Position numbers and translations under genes: made by a program. A stretch of 64,000 nt of DNA, taken from contig JAAOMT010000299.1 in assembly GCA_016748015.1 (NCBI GenBank), positions 186,001 to 250,000 of the forward strand, written 5' to 3'. This stretch comes from Geosiphon pyriformis uo1. Lineage: Eukaryota; Fungi; Glomeromycota. Below are positions 49,200 through 62,388 of this stretch, one piece after another (the stretch's first letter is position 1; every line of letters starts with the position of its first letter). The notes under the pieces were generated by a model. The model saw only the letters and a program-made list of their open reading frames with translations, had not been told where the DNA came from and searched no databases.

Positions 49200-51030
49200 G
49201 AAGTTTTCATGTGTATTAAAGTTCACGACATTGAGAAAACAATGATTTGTTTGACTGTTTAATCACTTATCAACACCATTTGTACATTTAAAATAATTTA
49301 ATTCACAATTTCAATCAGTTTTTTATTTATAAATTCAATTCAATTCAATTTAAATTATAAAAAATATTAATATTAATTTATTTTAAATTTAAAATAACCA
49401 CAATTAAAGCAAAAAATAAAAAAAAAGCAATTTTTGTTTTTTCTTTTATTTTTATTAGTAATATTACTCAAAAAGTTTTTTTTAAATATAAAAGCATTCT
49501 TTCTAAGTAATAAAGAAATAAAGTTTTTAATTATGAAAAAACCATATTTTTTTTAAAAAAATAATCTATCAAAAATATTAAATTTTAATTAATTATTGCC
49601 AATTATAAAAACAAAACAAGTTATGTTTTTATATATAACTTTAACCAATTATATTATTAAATTATAAATATTAAACTAATAAAATAAACATTAAAACATT
49701 TTATTTTTCTTTTTAATAATATTTAAAAAATAATTATTAATTATAAAAGATTTTTTAAATAAATAATTTTTGTTTTAATGTCTAATATTTTTGTAAAAAT
49801 TAAAATAACTTATATTAAAATTGTATTTTGATTTATATTAATATTGATTAATATAAAATTGATTATTAAAAATAAAAATAAATTTTTTGTATAGAATTTA
49901 TATTTTAGTTTTTTAATTATTATTATTATTATTAAATTTACTATAAAATTTTGTGGTTTTTATTTTTATTTTATTTATTTATTTTTTATTTATTTAACAA
50001 ATAAAATCCAAATATTATCTATTATAATATAGCAATAAATATTTTAAAATAAACATAATTTATATAAAAATTATATATAACTAGTTTTTAAATTAACTAA
50101 AATTATATTGTGTTTTTATAATTACAAAAATACTTTTATTTAAATTTAAAAAAATAAATATTTTTTTAAAACCAAAAACAATCAATAAATCTTTTTAAAT
50201 ACTTAATAATTAAGGAATATTTTTTAATAAAAAGCTAATAAAATTATTTATAATATTATTAATTAACAAATTATATTTTTTTAAATTAAATTTAAGTTTA
50301 ATATATAATAATTATATATATTTTTAGTTAACAAAAACTAAATTTTGAAATATTAATATATGTATTTTTAATATTACCAAAAAATTTCAAAGTTTTTTTA
50401 TATTAATTTTTAAAAATTAAGTCTTTATAAAGAATTATATAAAGTCAATTATTATTAATAAAATTATACAAAAACTGTAAAATTATAAAAAAACTAATAA
50501 AAACACTAAATAATATTCTTTAATAATTAAAATATTTAAGAATAATAATATATTTAATATTATAAATGTTTTTACAAAAAAATACATAATTTAAAATTTT
50601 TATTTTATTATATCAAATATATTTAATACTTAAATATAACAAATTATATAAAAAATTACAAACAATAATTAATAATCTTTTATAATAATATATATATACA
50701 AATTAGTAAAAATTCTGCTAATATATTTATCTAATATGTTTTTTTATATATTTAATAAATACAATTCAATTATTATTTAATACAATATAATTACTCTGAG
50801 TTTTAAATTAGATATAATTTACATTTTTTATATATGATTAGCTATTTAGCCAACTCAAATTATATTATATAATTATAATAATATTCAATATTTTATTTAC
50901 ACTAGTAAAAAACTTATAATAAATTCGATGCTTAAAACAAATTACAAGATTTATTTTTATATTAAACAAAAAGCTATTTTTTTAAAAAATAATTGAAAAT
51001 CTTCAAAATATTAACCAAAAAAAAAAACTT
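49200..51030. other. Extremely AT-rich low-complexity tract
   Basis: Almost no G/C over ~1.8 kb and no ORFs; similar tracts at 27990-28330 and 40240-40930. Confidence 0.8.
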
Positions 51031-51039
51031 CTTTCTCCT

Positions 51040-52815
51040 TTATGTCCTAAATTCCTGAAATAGTGCATTTTTTGAAGAAGTTTTTGTTTTTTATATCTGT
51101 TCTTATCTTTTATTTTTGCTTGGTTTTCACAATTTTTCAACTCACTAATCCTTTCATTGTCCCTTTGGCATCTGATGCTATCAATGCTATGTTCATGAAG
51201 AAATTGGTCAAAGATGCCACTATAAGTTCTGTGAGTAGTAGTTTAAGGCAAAAATCAAAGATTTCACTTGGAAAAGTTAAACACTTGGGTAACAAAGCTG
51301 ATTTGTTTTTCAAATTACCTGCAAGCAATTCTAATCAGTATAAGAACATAGATATCTCTTCTAATGAAAAGTTAGGGCACAAGATAGGCAAAAACTTGGG
51401 CTACAGTGCTGACAGCAAGAGTGATAAGCCGCTGGACTCTTGTACTAACATCCCAAAGGCTAAATGCTTCAACTTTGGTACAGTAAAGACTTCACTTTTA
51501 GGTTTCTGTGATTTTGGCTCTACCGTTGATGATGTTGACATGGACTTGCCTTCCTTTGTTTCTTTGGAATCCTCTCTTTGTCTGGTTGTTTCTGTCAAGG
51601 AAAAATTCTGCTTTGAACTAATCAAATCTTTTGCACTTAACATTGGTTTGTTGGCTGTTTCTGGAAGTACTCTATGTAATAAACTCAAAAGTGTTAAAAA
51701 GCTATTCTACAAAATTGATGGTTTTGGGAATGTGTTAACTCCATCGAAATTTCCAGGCATTGTTAAAGCATCTTTTATATCTGAATCCAGTTTTGCTTTG
51801 GCTAAACAATTGGCTGTGTCTGAGAATCTTGTTGTTAATGCTGATCTAAAGAAGATCAGCATATGATCAGATCAAAAAATTATTATCAAAGAGATTTCAG
51901 TTGATCTGCCCAAATTGGCAATTGAATCAGTTTTGGTCAAGTATGAGAAAATTTTTTCAATCAAGATGCAGCTGATTGGTCTCTGGCAGAAAGCGCTGGT
52001 AGAGTTTAAAAGTTCTTAGGTCATTGACCTGGTTGCATCTAAATGGTCAATCTTGCTGGGTAAGAACTTGGCATGTGTTGTTAAAGCCAATGCTAACAAA
52101 CAAATGTGAGATTTAAGAGACAGCTATCACACTTTCCTATATACTCTGCTAATGAACATAACTGCCCACAATCTTTCAAATCTGGTCCAGTCATATGGTG
52201 AGAAGACTTGCTATATTTCTAGGAACTTGGTATCTTATGTATGAGCCCACTGTGCTGTCATATGTTTTGATTTTGAAAATACCAAAGAGACTGCCATTTG
52301 CTCTACACCAGTGTTTAAGGGTGTCAACCTCATCTGGGCTGGTTTGTCTTCTTCTAAGTGTGCCACATGTGGTAATTTTGGTTACTTTTTCTCTGGATGT
52401 GGCAGTGGTAAGAAAAACTTTGAGCAGAGTTTCAAAAAAAAATTTCTTTGTTCCAATTCAGATAAAAGACACCTTGTGTTCATCTATACCAAAAAGCAAG
52501 CTCCTATGTTTTGTCCAATCTCCTTTGGTAGTGTGACTTGGGCTTCTGTGATAAGCAGCTCCTCTAAAAATTTATTTTTTACACCATTTGTTGAGATCAA
52601 TTCGGGCATGAGATCGGTCAATGGTTCGACATCTGTGGTTATAATTCTGGCTTTGTGTGTTAGTGTCTTCAAGCATTTGCTTGAAAATGTTTTTGACCAG
52701 ATGGTTGACATTTTACATAAGCTGGACAGGTTGTTGGTTGTTTCATCAGTGAGTTTTCCTGTTTTGCCCACTCTTGAACACAATCCAGTGCTGAACATGA
52801 CTGTTGATGCTCTGT
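51040..52815 (+). mobile_element. LINE 5' part (ORF1 remnant), interrupted by Gypsy C5
   Basis: TPSKFPGIVKASF...IIIKEISVDLPK...QLIGLWQKALVEF; CATCGNFGY knuckle; homologous to the ORF1 at 25.9-27.9 kb; 5' boundary approximate. Confidence 0.8.
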
Positions 52816-53691
52816 TGTTATGAAATGGTTTTCTTAGTATATTTAATTACTGATATTCTATCTTAATTGCAATCAGTCTCTTGTGAGTTCCTCAATTCTA
52901 TTTGTGTAATAATATCACTGTTATACTGAAGGCTTTCTCTTTAATGTCACAATGTAAGTTATTTCTTAATTTCTAATTGTTATGTGTGTTTATGTACTCT
53001 TTTTCAAAGGCTGAACTGAAATCTACCCACTGTCTGGGGTCTTTTTTGAGGCTATCTTTGCAATTGTCTAATGTGTTTCTCTAATCTAAAAACACGGAAT
53101 GTTAATGGCCTTTAGCACTTTTCTTAATTCTCACAATAAAACTTTTATCAATTAGTAACAACATGAATAATTTTGATCAGGGATTATTCTTCCAAGGAAT
53201 TCAACTGATAAATGATAGTTTCATTCAATAATTAACACAAGTAAGTTTCTTATTACTTTGGGGTTGTGATAATTCAGTTTTAAATATTCTTTTTCATTTC
53301 TTTTTGATTTAAAGGTTTTTTGGAATATTTAATTTAAAAGTACAATTTAAAGTAGAGTTTGTTAAATAAATTGGATCTATTGCTTAATAAGTTATAATTT
53401 TTTTATTACTTGATTGACTTTTCTCAATATTAAAGCTACTAAATATATACATATTTGTGGTTCTATGAAAAAACACATTGTAATACTTTCTTTTTGATAT
53501 TTTAACCTAGTGTTTGCTGCTATCACTAGTTGGTGTTAGCTGCTATTATGAACTGGTGCTTGTCACTATTGCAAGATAATGTTTGCTATTATGTTAATCA
53601 TTATCTTTCTAAGATTATTACTGCATTATATTATGATTGAATAGTTTATATTATTTTTATAATTCTTTTGCTAAATTCTTAAACCATAACA
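52816..53691 (-). repeat. 3' LTR of Gypsy C5
   Basis: Inverted termini TGTTAT/ATAACA; abuts PPT GAAAGGAGGGAATAA; partner LTR not in the window. Confidence 0.7.
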
Positions 53692-53704
53692 TTATTCCCT
53701 CCTT

Positions 53705-54373
53705 TCAAGATTGAGCTCCGTCGAAATCAAAATTAATTTCTTTATTAAATTCTAAGTTACTATAGTGGTTCAATACTGTGTTATTAATTTGTTGTTGTAA
53801 TTCTTGAAATTGTAAGTTGGTAAATCGTCTAATACTGTTGGTTGTTATTATGTTCATGGTTGGGTCCAACAATAGTTTGTGACAGTTTTCAAATGCTTTG
53901 AAAATTCTGTAAACTGTTTTTAAATGGAATGTAGTGTTGGTTTTTCCAATAAAAGGTTCTAATAGTTGGATTGTTGTTTTGTCAAACACTCTAGTTGAGT
54001 CTTTTGAGTATAATGTTTGTATGTTTAAGTGCTTTTCTAGTTGATAATAACAGTAGTTAATTGGAAATTTTGTTTTCAAGTTGTTAAATGTGTCTGGTGT
54101 TAATTCACTTATTTCTATTTCTTCCATTATTAATGTATTGCCTAATGCTATCTCTAATTTTTTAATAACTTTGCTGATAAATTTGTTGTTATATTTGGTA
54201 ATATTATATAATTCAAAATTATGTTCTTTTCTTGTTTTTGGATTTTCTATTGTTCTTTTTATGTATGTTATTTTAGAGCTATTAACTGTGATTTTCAGAT
54301 CGGATTTTAATTGTTGTAAGCTTTCAACTAATTATTGAGTTATATTGTTGATGTTTTCTGGAATAAGTATCAT
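53705..54373 (-). pseudogene. Gypsy C5 ORF3 (unknown protein), nearly intact
   Basis: MILIPENINNITQ*...FPINYCYYQLEKHLNI...VYRIFKAFENC...FDFDGAQS*; 223 codons in one frame. Confidence 0.8.
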
Positions 54374-54453
54374 TGTTTTAATTTTGACTGCTATTTTGAA
54401 ATCTTTTGCATGTGTTTTTATGGTTGTTAAATCATTTTTGCTGTAATCTAAGA

Positions 54454-55827
54454 TTAATTATCTTTTTTTAAATAATGTTCAATTAAAACTATTGGTTCTA
54501 AATCTTGTGGAATTTGTTCTAATAGAATTAAAGGTAATTGTGTTCCAATTCTGAGTGTCTTTGTTGTTATTATTAGTTTACTGTAATAAAATTTCAGCCA
54601 GTTATCATGTGCTGCTTTTCTTAATATTTTATCATCTAGTCTTAGCTTGTATGCTTTATTTTCAAGTATTTCATGAATATAAAATGGTCCATTCCACTTG
54701 TGATCAAATTTTCCACTTTATTGTTTTTCCATTTTTGTATGATGCAACAATACTTTATCTTCAATTTTGTAGCTAATTATATTATCTGGTAACTAGTTAT
54801 CATGTCTTACTTTTTGTTGTTTTTGTAATTGTTCAATATTTTGTGCTGCTTTTCTTCTTTTGTTTTCTAAAGTTTCCATTAATTCATATGTTCTTTTAAG
54901 TAGTGTTTTCTAGAATGTTGCTTCAGTAATAGTGTCACTTAGATAAGTTGGGATAGTAAGTTCAACTGGTAATGTGGCTTTTTTTCCATAAACTAGTTCA
55001 AATGGTGTAAATTGTATAGTATCTTGTTTTATTGTTCTATATGCTAATATAAATAAATTCCATTCTTTTTCATGTTTATTACTAATTTTCGCCAGTGATT
55101 CACATAATGTGCGATTAAATCTTTCAACTAATCCATTTGTTTATGAATGGTATAGTAATAACAGTGGTCACTTGATTCCAAATTTTTGGCTAAGTTCTTT
55201 TAAGGTGCTGTTTATGAAATGTGTGTCTTGATCTAATAGCAATTCTTGTAGACATCCATGCTGGCAAATTAAGTCTTCATGTATGAATTGAGCTATGAAA
55301 ATAGCATCAGCTGTTTTAATAGCTCTAGCTTCTGGCCATTTGGTAAGATAGTTTACAGCTACTGCAATATAATGATTGTTTCTTGTTGTTATTGGTAAGG
55401 GTCTAACTAAATCAATTCCAATTCTGTCAAATAGCTGTCTGACTTTTATTGGTCTTAATAATTCCATTGTTTTTGCTCCTTTTCTTTGTTGGCATTAGTC
55501 ATAATTTCTTATGTATTGGATTATGTCTGAACTTATTTTTGGCCAATAGTAACAGCTAATTACATATTGGATGGTTGCTGTTTTTCCAAAGTGGCCTAAA
55601 TAAATATCTGAATACATGTTAAATAAGATAGTTTCTTTTTTATCTGTGGTTATAACTCTTAATAAATTATTTGGATTTTGTCAATTCCAGTAATAAAGTA
55701 TGTGATTTTAAATGAAATAGTGTTTTGTTAATTTTTGGAGCTTAATTAGCTCTTTTACTAGCATTTCTTTGTCTATTTGTAGTGTTTTCAAGTATTGGCT
55801 GAGATTTTTGTAAAAGTGGTTGTTCAT
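54454..55827 (-). pseudogene. Gypsy C5 stand-alone integrase ORF
   Basis: ATG AAC AAC (MNNHFYKNLSQYLKTL); IGIDLV; YLTKWPEARAI; DQDTHF; 458-codon span. Confidence 0.85.
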
Positions 55828-55845
55828 TGTTGTTGTAGTGGGTAG

Positions 55846-56824
55846 TGTTACCAGACGAAATTAGAGATATCATTTAGCATGAAACTATCTCATAATTCCT
55901 ATCATTAATTAGCATATATTATTGTTTCAAATTATCACTTATTACATTAGCAAAGAATGTCCGAAATTATCATTTAATTAATAACCCAAATTGTACACAA
56001 CACAAATGTAACCTAATTGCGAGGATCAATCATGCAATACCCTGAACTATGTAACATTCAAAAGTTCGCCGAAATTCATAGAAATTTGCCGAAATAATTG
56101 ATAGTTCACCGAAATATCTAATAGTTTGCAGAAATAACTTGTAGTTTGCCAAAATGTATCTTTAGTTCAGTGAAATTGTAGAAAATAGCAAAGTTCAAGT
56201 TCATATAATAGTGTTATGACAAGTTGTATAAAAGAAGAGCTTCTCTCTTCGAGAAAATGTATCTTACTTTAGATTTATCTCTTAAAACCGTTCCTATACA
56301 CACAAAAAGAAATAAATATCAAATAATTTGAAAAACCAAATTCTTTAATTATTGTACTTGGAAAATCTCCAAAATCCAACTAACATTTTGAAATTGATTA
56401 GCTACCAATTTCAGTAAACTGTTAGTGACTCTAGACCTGGATAGAAAACGTTTTCCTTGATAAAATTTCTATTTCTTTTTACATTTCTTTTATTTTTTTC
56501 TTTTATTATTATAATTATTAGGGTAGCCTACAGACGAGATTCCTGTAGAAGAGTTGACTTTCACAGCAAAGTAACTACACACTTTTAGTGAGCTTTCAGA
56601 CGAGCAATTCTTGAGAAAGAGTTGACATTTACTACAACGTAACTACATAAAGTAACTGGCAAGGAATTGGCCATTCCACTTATAAGCCCAGCAGTTCAAA
56701 TTATAGAAGATAATTTGAAGATAAATTCAGTTACTGGAGGTTCAACCACATCCAGAAAACGTGAATTTACAGCAAATAAGTATTAACAACATTACAAAAA
56801 AGAGACCAAAAACCTCCGGTAACA
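55846..56824 (+). repeat. 5' LTR of Gypsy B6
   Basis: TGTTACCAG...GGTAACA; same tandem repeats and TATA as B4. Confidence 0.94.
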
Positions 56825-56869
56825 TTTGGTGCTCTCTCACAGAAACAACACAACAAAAACAACTTCAAA

Positions 56870-59800
56870 GTAGTGACCACACCAGACACAACAACTCTAG
56901 AGTATTACCAATCAATTTACACCCACTACAAGCAAAGATTCAACATTTCAGACGGAATTGAAGTTGTCAAGAAATCAGTATACCAATACATTGAAAACTG
57001 CATCAACAATTATCTTTTTGGAAATTACAATATCTCAGAAGTTAGAAGCAACCTTTACAATAATTTAGCACACTATTCACAGTTAGGAACTGAAGACCTT
57101 AATAGTGAAACACTTGCCACTTACTTTCACAAACTTAATTTTAATATTATCAAATACTGTGAAGAAACATATCCAGTGCAGTCTTAATACACTATTGATT
57201 TTGAATCGAAAACAGAAACAAGCAACAAAGGCAAAAACAAATTAAAGCAATATTCAAGAACCATCCCAAATACTCCAACACTACCGAAAACAACTGCCAA
57301 ACATTTACAAACACCTGAACAGGGAACCAGTTCAAAACTTCTACTTACTATCACACCTTTTCCAGCTTCACTTGCACAAGTACAAACACCTAATTCACCC
57401 TTGAATCAATTTGCAAGACCAGAAGATTTTACATCACTCAGAAGTCCCACCAGACAACAAGAACCCCTTCAAACTAGTTCCAATCTCCTTGATTTTTTAG
57501 CTGAAAATCAAAGTGAACACTCTGAGACAGCAGCAAACGAAGAAAACAACTCTGAAATAACCAAAGAAGAATCAATAGACAGTGAAAACGAAGAAGACAA
57601 AATGACAACATACATTGCAAAAATCCCTAAATTCAATAGAGAAGATATTGAGACCAGTCCCCAAGAATGGCTCGACCAAGTTACTAAAGCTGGAGATGCA
57701 AATAGATGAAATGCTGCCAGAATGTTAAGAACAATACCCTACTTTCTTAAAAGAACAGCAGGAGAATGGTTTGAAAATCTTGCCATCCCATTCAATGATT
57801 GGAATGCTTTCAAAGCAGCCTTTCTTGAACAGTTCACCGACAATAATACCTCCATCACTATTTGCAATTGTTTTCGAAATATCAAACAAGAACCCTCTGA
57901 ATCCGTTATGACTTATATTGGGAAATTCAACAAACTTTTCAGACGGATTCGCCAACTTGAGACAAACAATTATTATTCTGATGCTCAAATCTTGGATCAA
58001 TTTATCGCTGGTCTAAAAGATAAATTAATTAAAAAGGTTCACCCACACGCACCAAAAGATTTAAACTCTGCCATACAGCATACAAAAAGATATGAAATGG
58101 CCATGGAAGAAGCCAATTGTACAAAACTTATAAATTTGGCAATTGGAGAAACCAGCTCAGCAACTGAGGAAAAAATTGACCAACTCACAAAGAAGATCAA
58201 AAACTATTTTATCAACCAATAACAACAACAACCCCAAAGATATCAACCACCCCAAAAACAAAATCAAAATAACTTTGCACTACTTTCTAATAACCAGTCC
58301 CAGAATTGCCATTACTGTGGAATCTCTGGCCACTGGAAAAGAGATTGCAGAAAGCTGCAACGAGACCAACAAAATAGGGGTAATCAACGTTACTCTCCAC
58401 CACAGCAATCTTATTATCAACCATTACCACCAGCTTACTATCCACCAAGACCCCAATACCAAAATAACTATTATCAGCCTGTCCCACAACCAATCCAACA
58501 GCAATACCAACAACCACCCACCCAACATTATCAAGTATCTGCTCAAAGACTGATTACACAAAATCAATTTACACCACAAAACCAATACCAAGTAAACAAC
58601 AATAGAATCAGTTCGAACAACCAATTGGTTTCCCAAAATACCATTCAAACAAGACCCAACCATTACCACACTCAACCCAGTTATTTAACAATGCTGGAAG
58701 AACAGAATTTTTACCATACTGCACTCTCGGAAGGTAGAGCTGCAGCACAACAACAATGAAACCCTTCTCATAACCACACCACTATTCCACCAGCCTGAAT
58801 TGCTGAAAATGCCAATTTCTCTAATATCTTTCCTTTTGAATTTAAAGCAAATGAATCACTATTCTTACTTAGCAATGCAGTGGCTAATGAGCAAAAAGCC
58901 ATCACTGCAATGTACACAGAAGCTGAAGTAGAAGGAAAGCCAATTCGCTTGATCCTAGACAGTGGATCCACTGGAAGCATTATTACCTACCAGTTAATAC
59001 AACAGTTGAAAAGAAATGTCGACCGACCAGCTCAAACAGTAATCATCACTGCCGATGGCATGAAAAAAACCCCAGTAGGAGAAATTGACAATTTTCCATT
59101 CACTCTTGATGGAATCACCATTCCAGTCAAAGTTCTTGTAATGGACGCACTCCAGTATCAAGCTCTCGTCGGAAATGATTGGCTTCAAGAAGCCAATGCT
59201 AATTTGAATTGGGAAACACAAGAGTTAACAATCTCCTACCAAGGACAACATGCCCAGGTATCTGCCATTTGTGGTACATTTAACAAATGCTCTGAAAAAA
59301 CCCCAGCTTTTGAATTTGAACCAGAAGAAGAAAAACCAATACTCGAAACATTCATGGCTCTTGGATCAATGTCCAACTGGGCTGATGAAACAGAACAAGA
59401 ACATTTTACTCCATACACTAAACCCGAAACCTCTGGATGGAATATACCTTACTCAAAACCCAAACCAAGGAAACAACGCTCCTATATTCCTCTTAAATGT
59501 AAGGACTGCCACAAGAAACTATTGTCAATGGAAGCCTGCATTTCACCTGAAAAAGAATATGAGAATCATACTTGTTATTACTGCAAGAAAGCGATGGGGC
59601 CATCTAATAAAAAGGAGCAGAAAATAGGACAACACTCCTTGTTTGACTTGTGGAGATATGCTACCGAAAGAATGCAATTGGATTGATGTAGTAATGAAAA
59701 GAGGCGTCTGCGATCAGACCTGCCAATATGCTTTATCAATTTCAGAAAAAGTAAAAAGAGGAACACCCTTTAACGCAGCATACAATAGTGCTCCCAACAA

Positions 59801-61816
59801 ACTTTATCACTACTCTTATGATGCCGAGATGATTTTTGACTTAGCAATGGCATTAATTAATAGAGCTACCAAAGAAGATGTTTGTCAAATGAAGGAAGCA
59901 GAATACATTAAATACACTATGGAATTAGCTGGATTTGATTACAAAGATGAAGTAGAAGTCTACCACCAAATTGCAAGTCACACCTACTTGACCCAAGAAG
60001 CTCAAATTCAATGATTAGAGCAAATGAACATTAGGCTATGTGAAGAATGCATTATGCCTTGCAATGAACAATGGTGTCCTGAATGCTATGCTCTTAGTAT
60101 ACTCTTGCCCAGCGAAAATGATGAGAATGAAATTGAATTCAGAGAACCTGAAGAAATGGAAGAAATTGAAACAACACCCATCTACCTTATCGAAAATCAG
60201 CCTGCCTTACAACTTAAATACTTCAACAACAACGGACAAGGAATAAAACCCAAAAAAGCACATGAAATTGATGCTGGATATGACTTAAGATATCCAGGCA
60301 AGGATACTCTTGTTCTCAAACCCAAATCTCTCACAAAAATCAACCTCAAAATTGCACTCGAAATCCTGCCAAGAGCAATGGTTCAAATCGCCTCCTGGTC
60401 CTCTCTGGCAAGCAAAAGAATCAATGTCAGAGGAGGAATAATCAATGCTGGATATACTGGAAACATAACAGTGATGCTTCAAAATGAAACTGACAAACCA
60501 TTCAAGATCAAACATGCTGAAAAAATTGCCCAAGCTATTTACCTACTCTTAATCAACATTTCAGGTTTGTAACTAGTCCATCAAAGAGAACAATTAGGAA
60601 AAAGTGATAGAGGAACCCAAGGTTTTGGTTCAACTGGATGATTCACAGTTCCAGTTAATATAGCTCTTAACACACAGAACAAATCCCACCAGATTCTCAG
60701 ACTTCCACAACTGATTACTATCTCACCCTTTGGAGAACATCCAGAAATCTACACTTGCCCAAAGTCAACAACCACACAACAAATTTTTGAGTCCAATGAA
60801 CAAGTCTGCTTGGAACATAATATTTCGATTCCAAACATTTATATTCCAGAAGGAACAAAAAAGTCCGAGTTACTTTTTACAACCCCAATAATTATCCCAT
60901 AATTTTATTAAATAATTTAAAAATTGGAGTTATTCACAGTAATATATTTCAACAAGAATTACCCCAAATAGTTCCCGATTTCTCTGAAATTATTGGACAT
61001 TTAATACCAAAAACCAACCCAAACCCCAGCTCTGAAAACTACCATGTTGTCATGGAAAAACTATCTCGAATCAACATGAGACAACTTGAATCACAACAAC
61101 AAACCCAGCTCAAAGAGCTAATTGCAGAATTTGTTGACATCTTCACCAAAAACAACAATGACTTAGGAAGAACTGATTTGGTTCAACACCAAATCTATAC
61201 AGGAGATGCCAAACCAAGGCGACAACAAGCCTACCAAGTTGCCCCAGAAAGTCACCAATTTATCCGAGAAGAAGTACAACGGATGCTTAACAATGGGCTT
61301 ATTCAACCATCAATGAGCCCATGGGCCTCACCTGTGGTCCTAGTTAAAAAGAAAAATGGAAAGATACAATTTTGTGTTGATTATCGACAACTCAACAGTG
61401 TCATCATTGGAGATGCTTACCCTCTTCCCCGAATTGATGACATGTTAAATGCCCTTGAAAAGTCCAAATACTTTTCAACATTAGATTTAGAGAGTGGATA
61501 CTGGCAAGTTGCTATGGATCCCAAAGACCGCCCCAAAACAGCATTCACCACTCAAGGAGAAAATTACGAGTTCAATGTAATACTTTTTGGATTATGCAAT
61601 GCACCAGCAACATTCCAAAGACTTATGGATGTTGTTTACAAAGATCTTCTTTGGAAATCAGTAGTAGTTTATCTCGATGACACTGATGTTTATTCACCAT
61701 CTTTCGAACTACATTTAATCCACCTGCGAGAAGTTTTTCAACGATTATGGAAAGCAGGATTGAAACTGAACATTGAAAAATGCTACTTCAGAAAAACAAG
61801 TTTAGCTTTTCTTGGT
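56870..61816 (+). pseudogene. Gypsy B6 Gag-PR-Cys-rich-dUTPase-RT polyprotein (RNase H in gap)
   Basis: CHYCGISGHWKRDC; LILDSGS; five dUTPase motifs at ~60213-60640 including RGTQGFGSTG; RT SPWASPVVLV, LDLESGYWQ, VVYLDD. Confidence 0.9.
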
Positions 61817-62357
61817 NNNNNNNNNNNNNNNNNNNNNNNNNNNNNNNNNNNNNNNNNNNNNNNNNNNNNNNNNNNNNNNNNNNNNNNNNNNNNNNNNNNN
61901 NNNNNNNNNNNNNNNNNNNNNNNNNNNNNNNNNNNNNNNNNNNNNNNNNNNNNNNNNNNNNNNNNNNNNNNNNNNNNNNNNNNNNNNNNNNNNNNNNNNN
62001 NNNNNNNNNNNNNNNNNNNNNNNNNNNNNNNNNNNNNNNNNNNNNNNNNNNNNNNNNNNNNNNNNNNNNNNNNNNNNNNNNNNNNNNNNNNNNNNNNNNN
62101 NNNNNNNNNNNNNNNNNNNNNNNNNNNNNNNNNNNNNNNNNNNNNNNNNNNNNNNNNNNNNNNNNNNNNNNNNNNNNNNNNNNNNNNNNNNNNNNNNNNN
62201 NNNNNNNNNNNNNNNNNNNNNNNNNNNNNNNNNNNNNNNNNNNNNNNNNNNNNNNNNNNNNNNNNNNNNNNNNNNNNNNNNNNNNNNNNNNNNNNNNNNN
62301 NNNNNNNNNNNNNNNNNNNNNNNNNNNNNNNNNNNNNNNNNNNNNNNNNNNNNNNNN
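61817..62357. other. Assembly gap (N)
   Basis: Run of N. Confidence 1.
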
Positions 62358-62388
62358 ATTTGAATTAACAGCATCAAAACAACAAACA

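Larger units (their letters stand above)
52816..55845 (-). mobile_element. Ty3/Gypsy family C copy 5, 3' part (LTR, ORF3, integrase), interrupted by B6
   Basis: LTR at 52816-53691 (TGTTAT...ATAACA); PPT at 53695-53706; ORF3 and IN homologous to families A and B. Confidence 0.85.
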
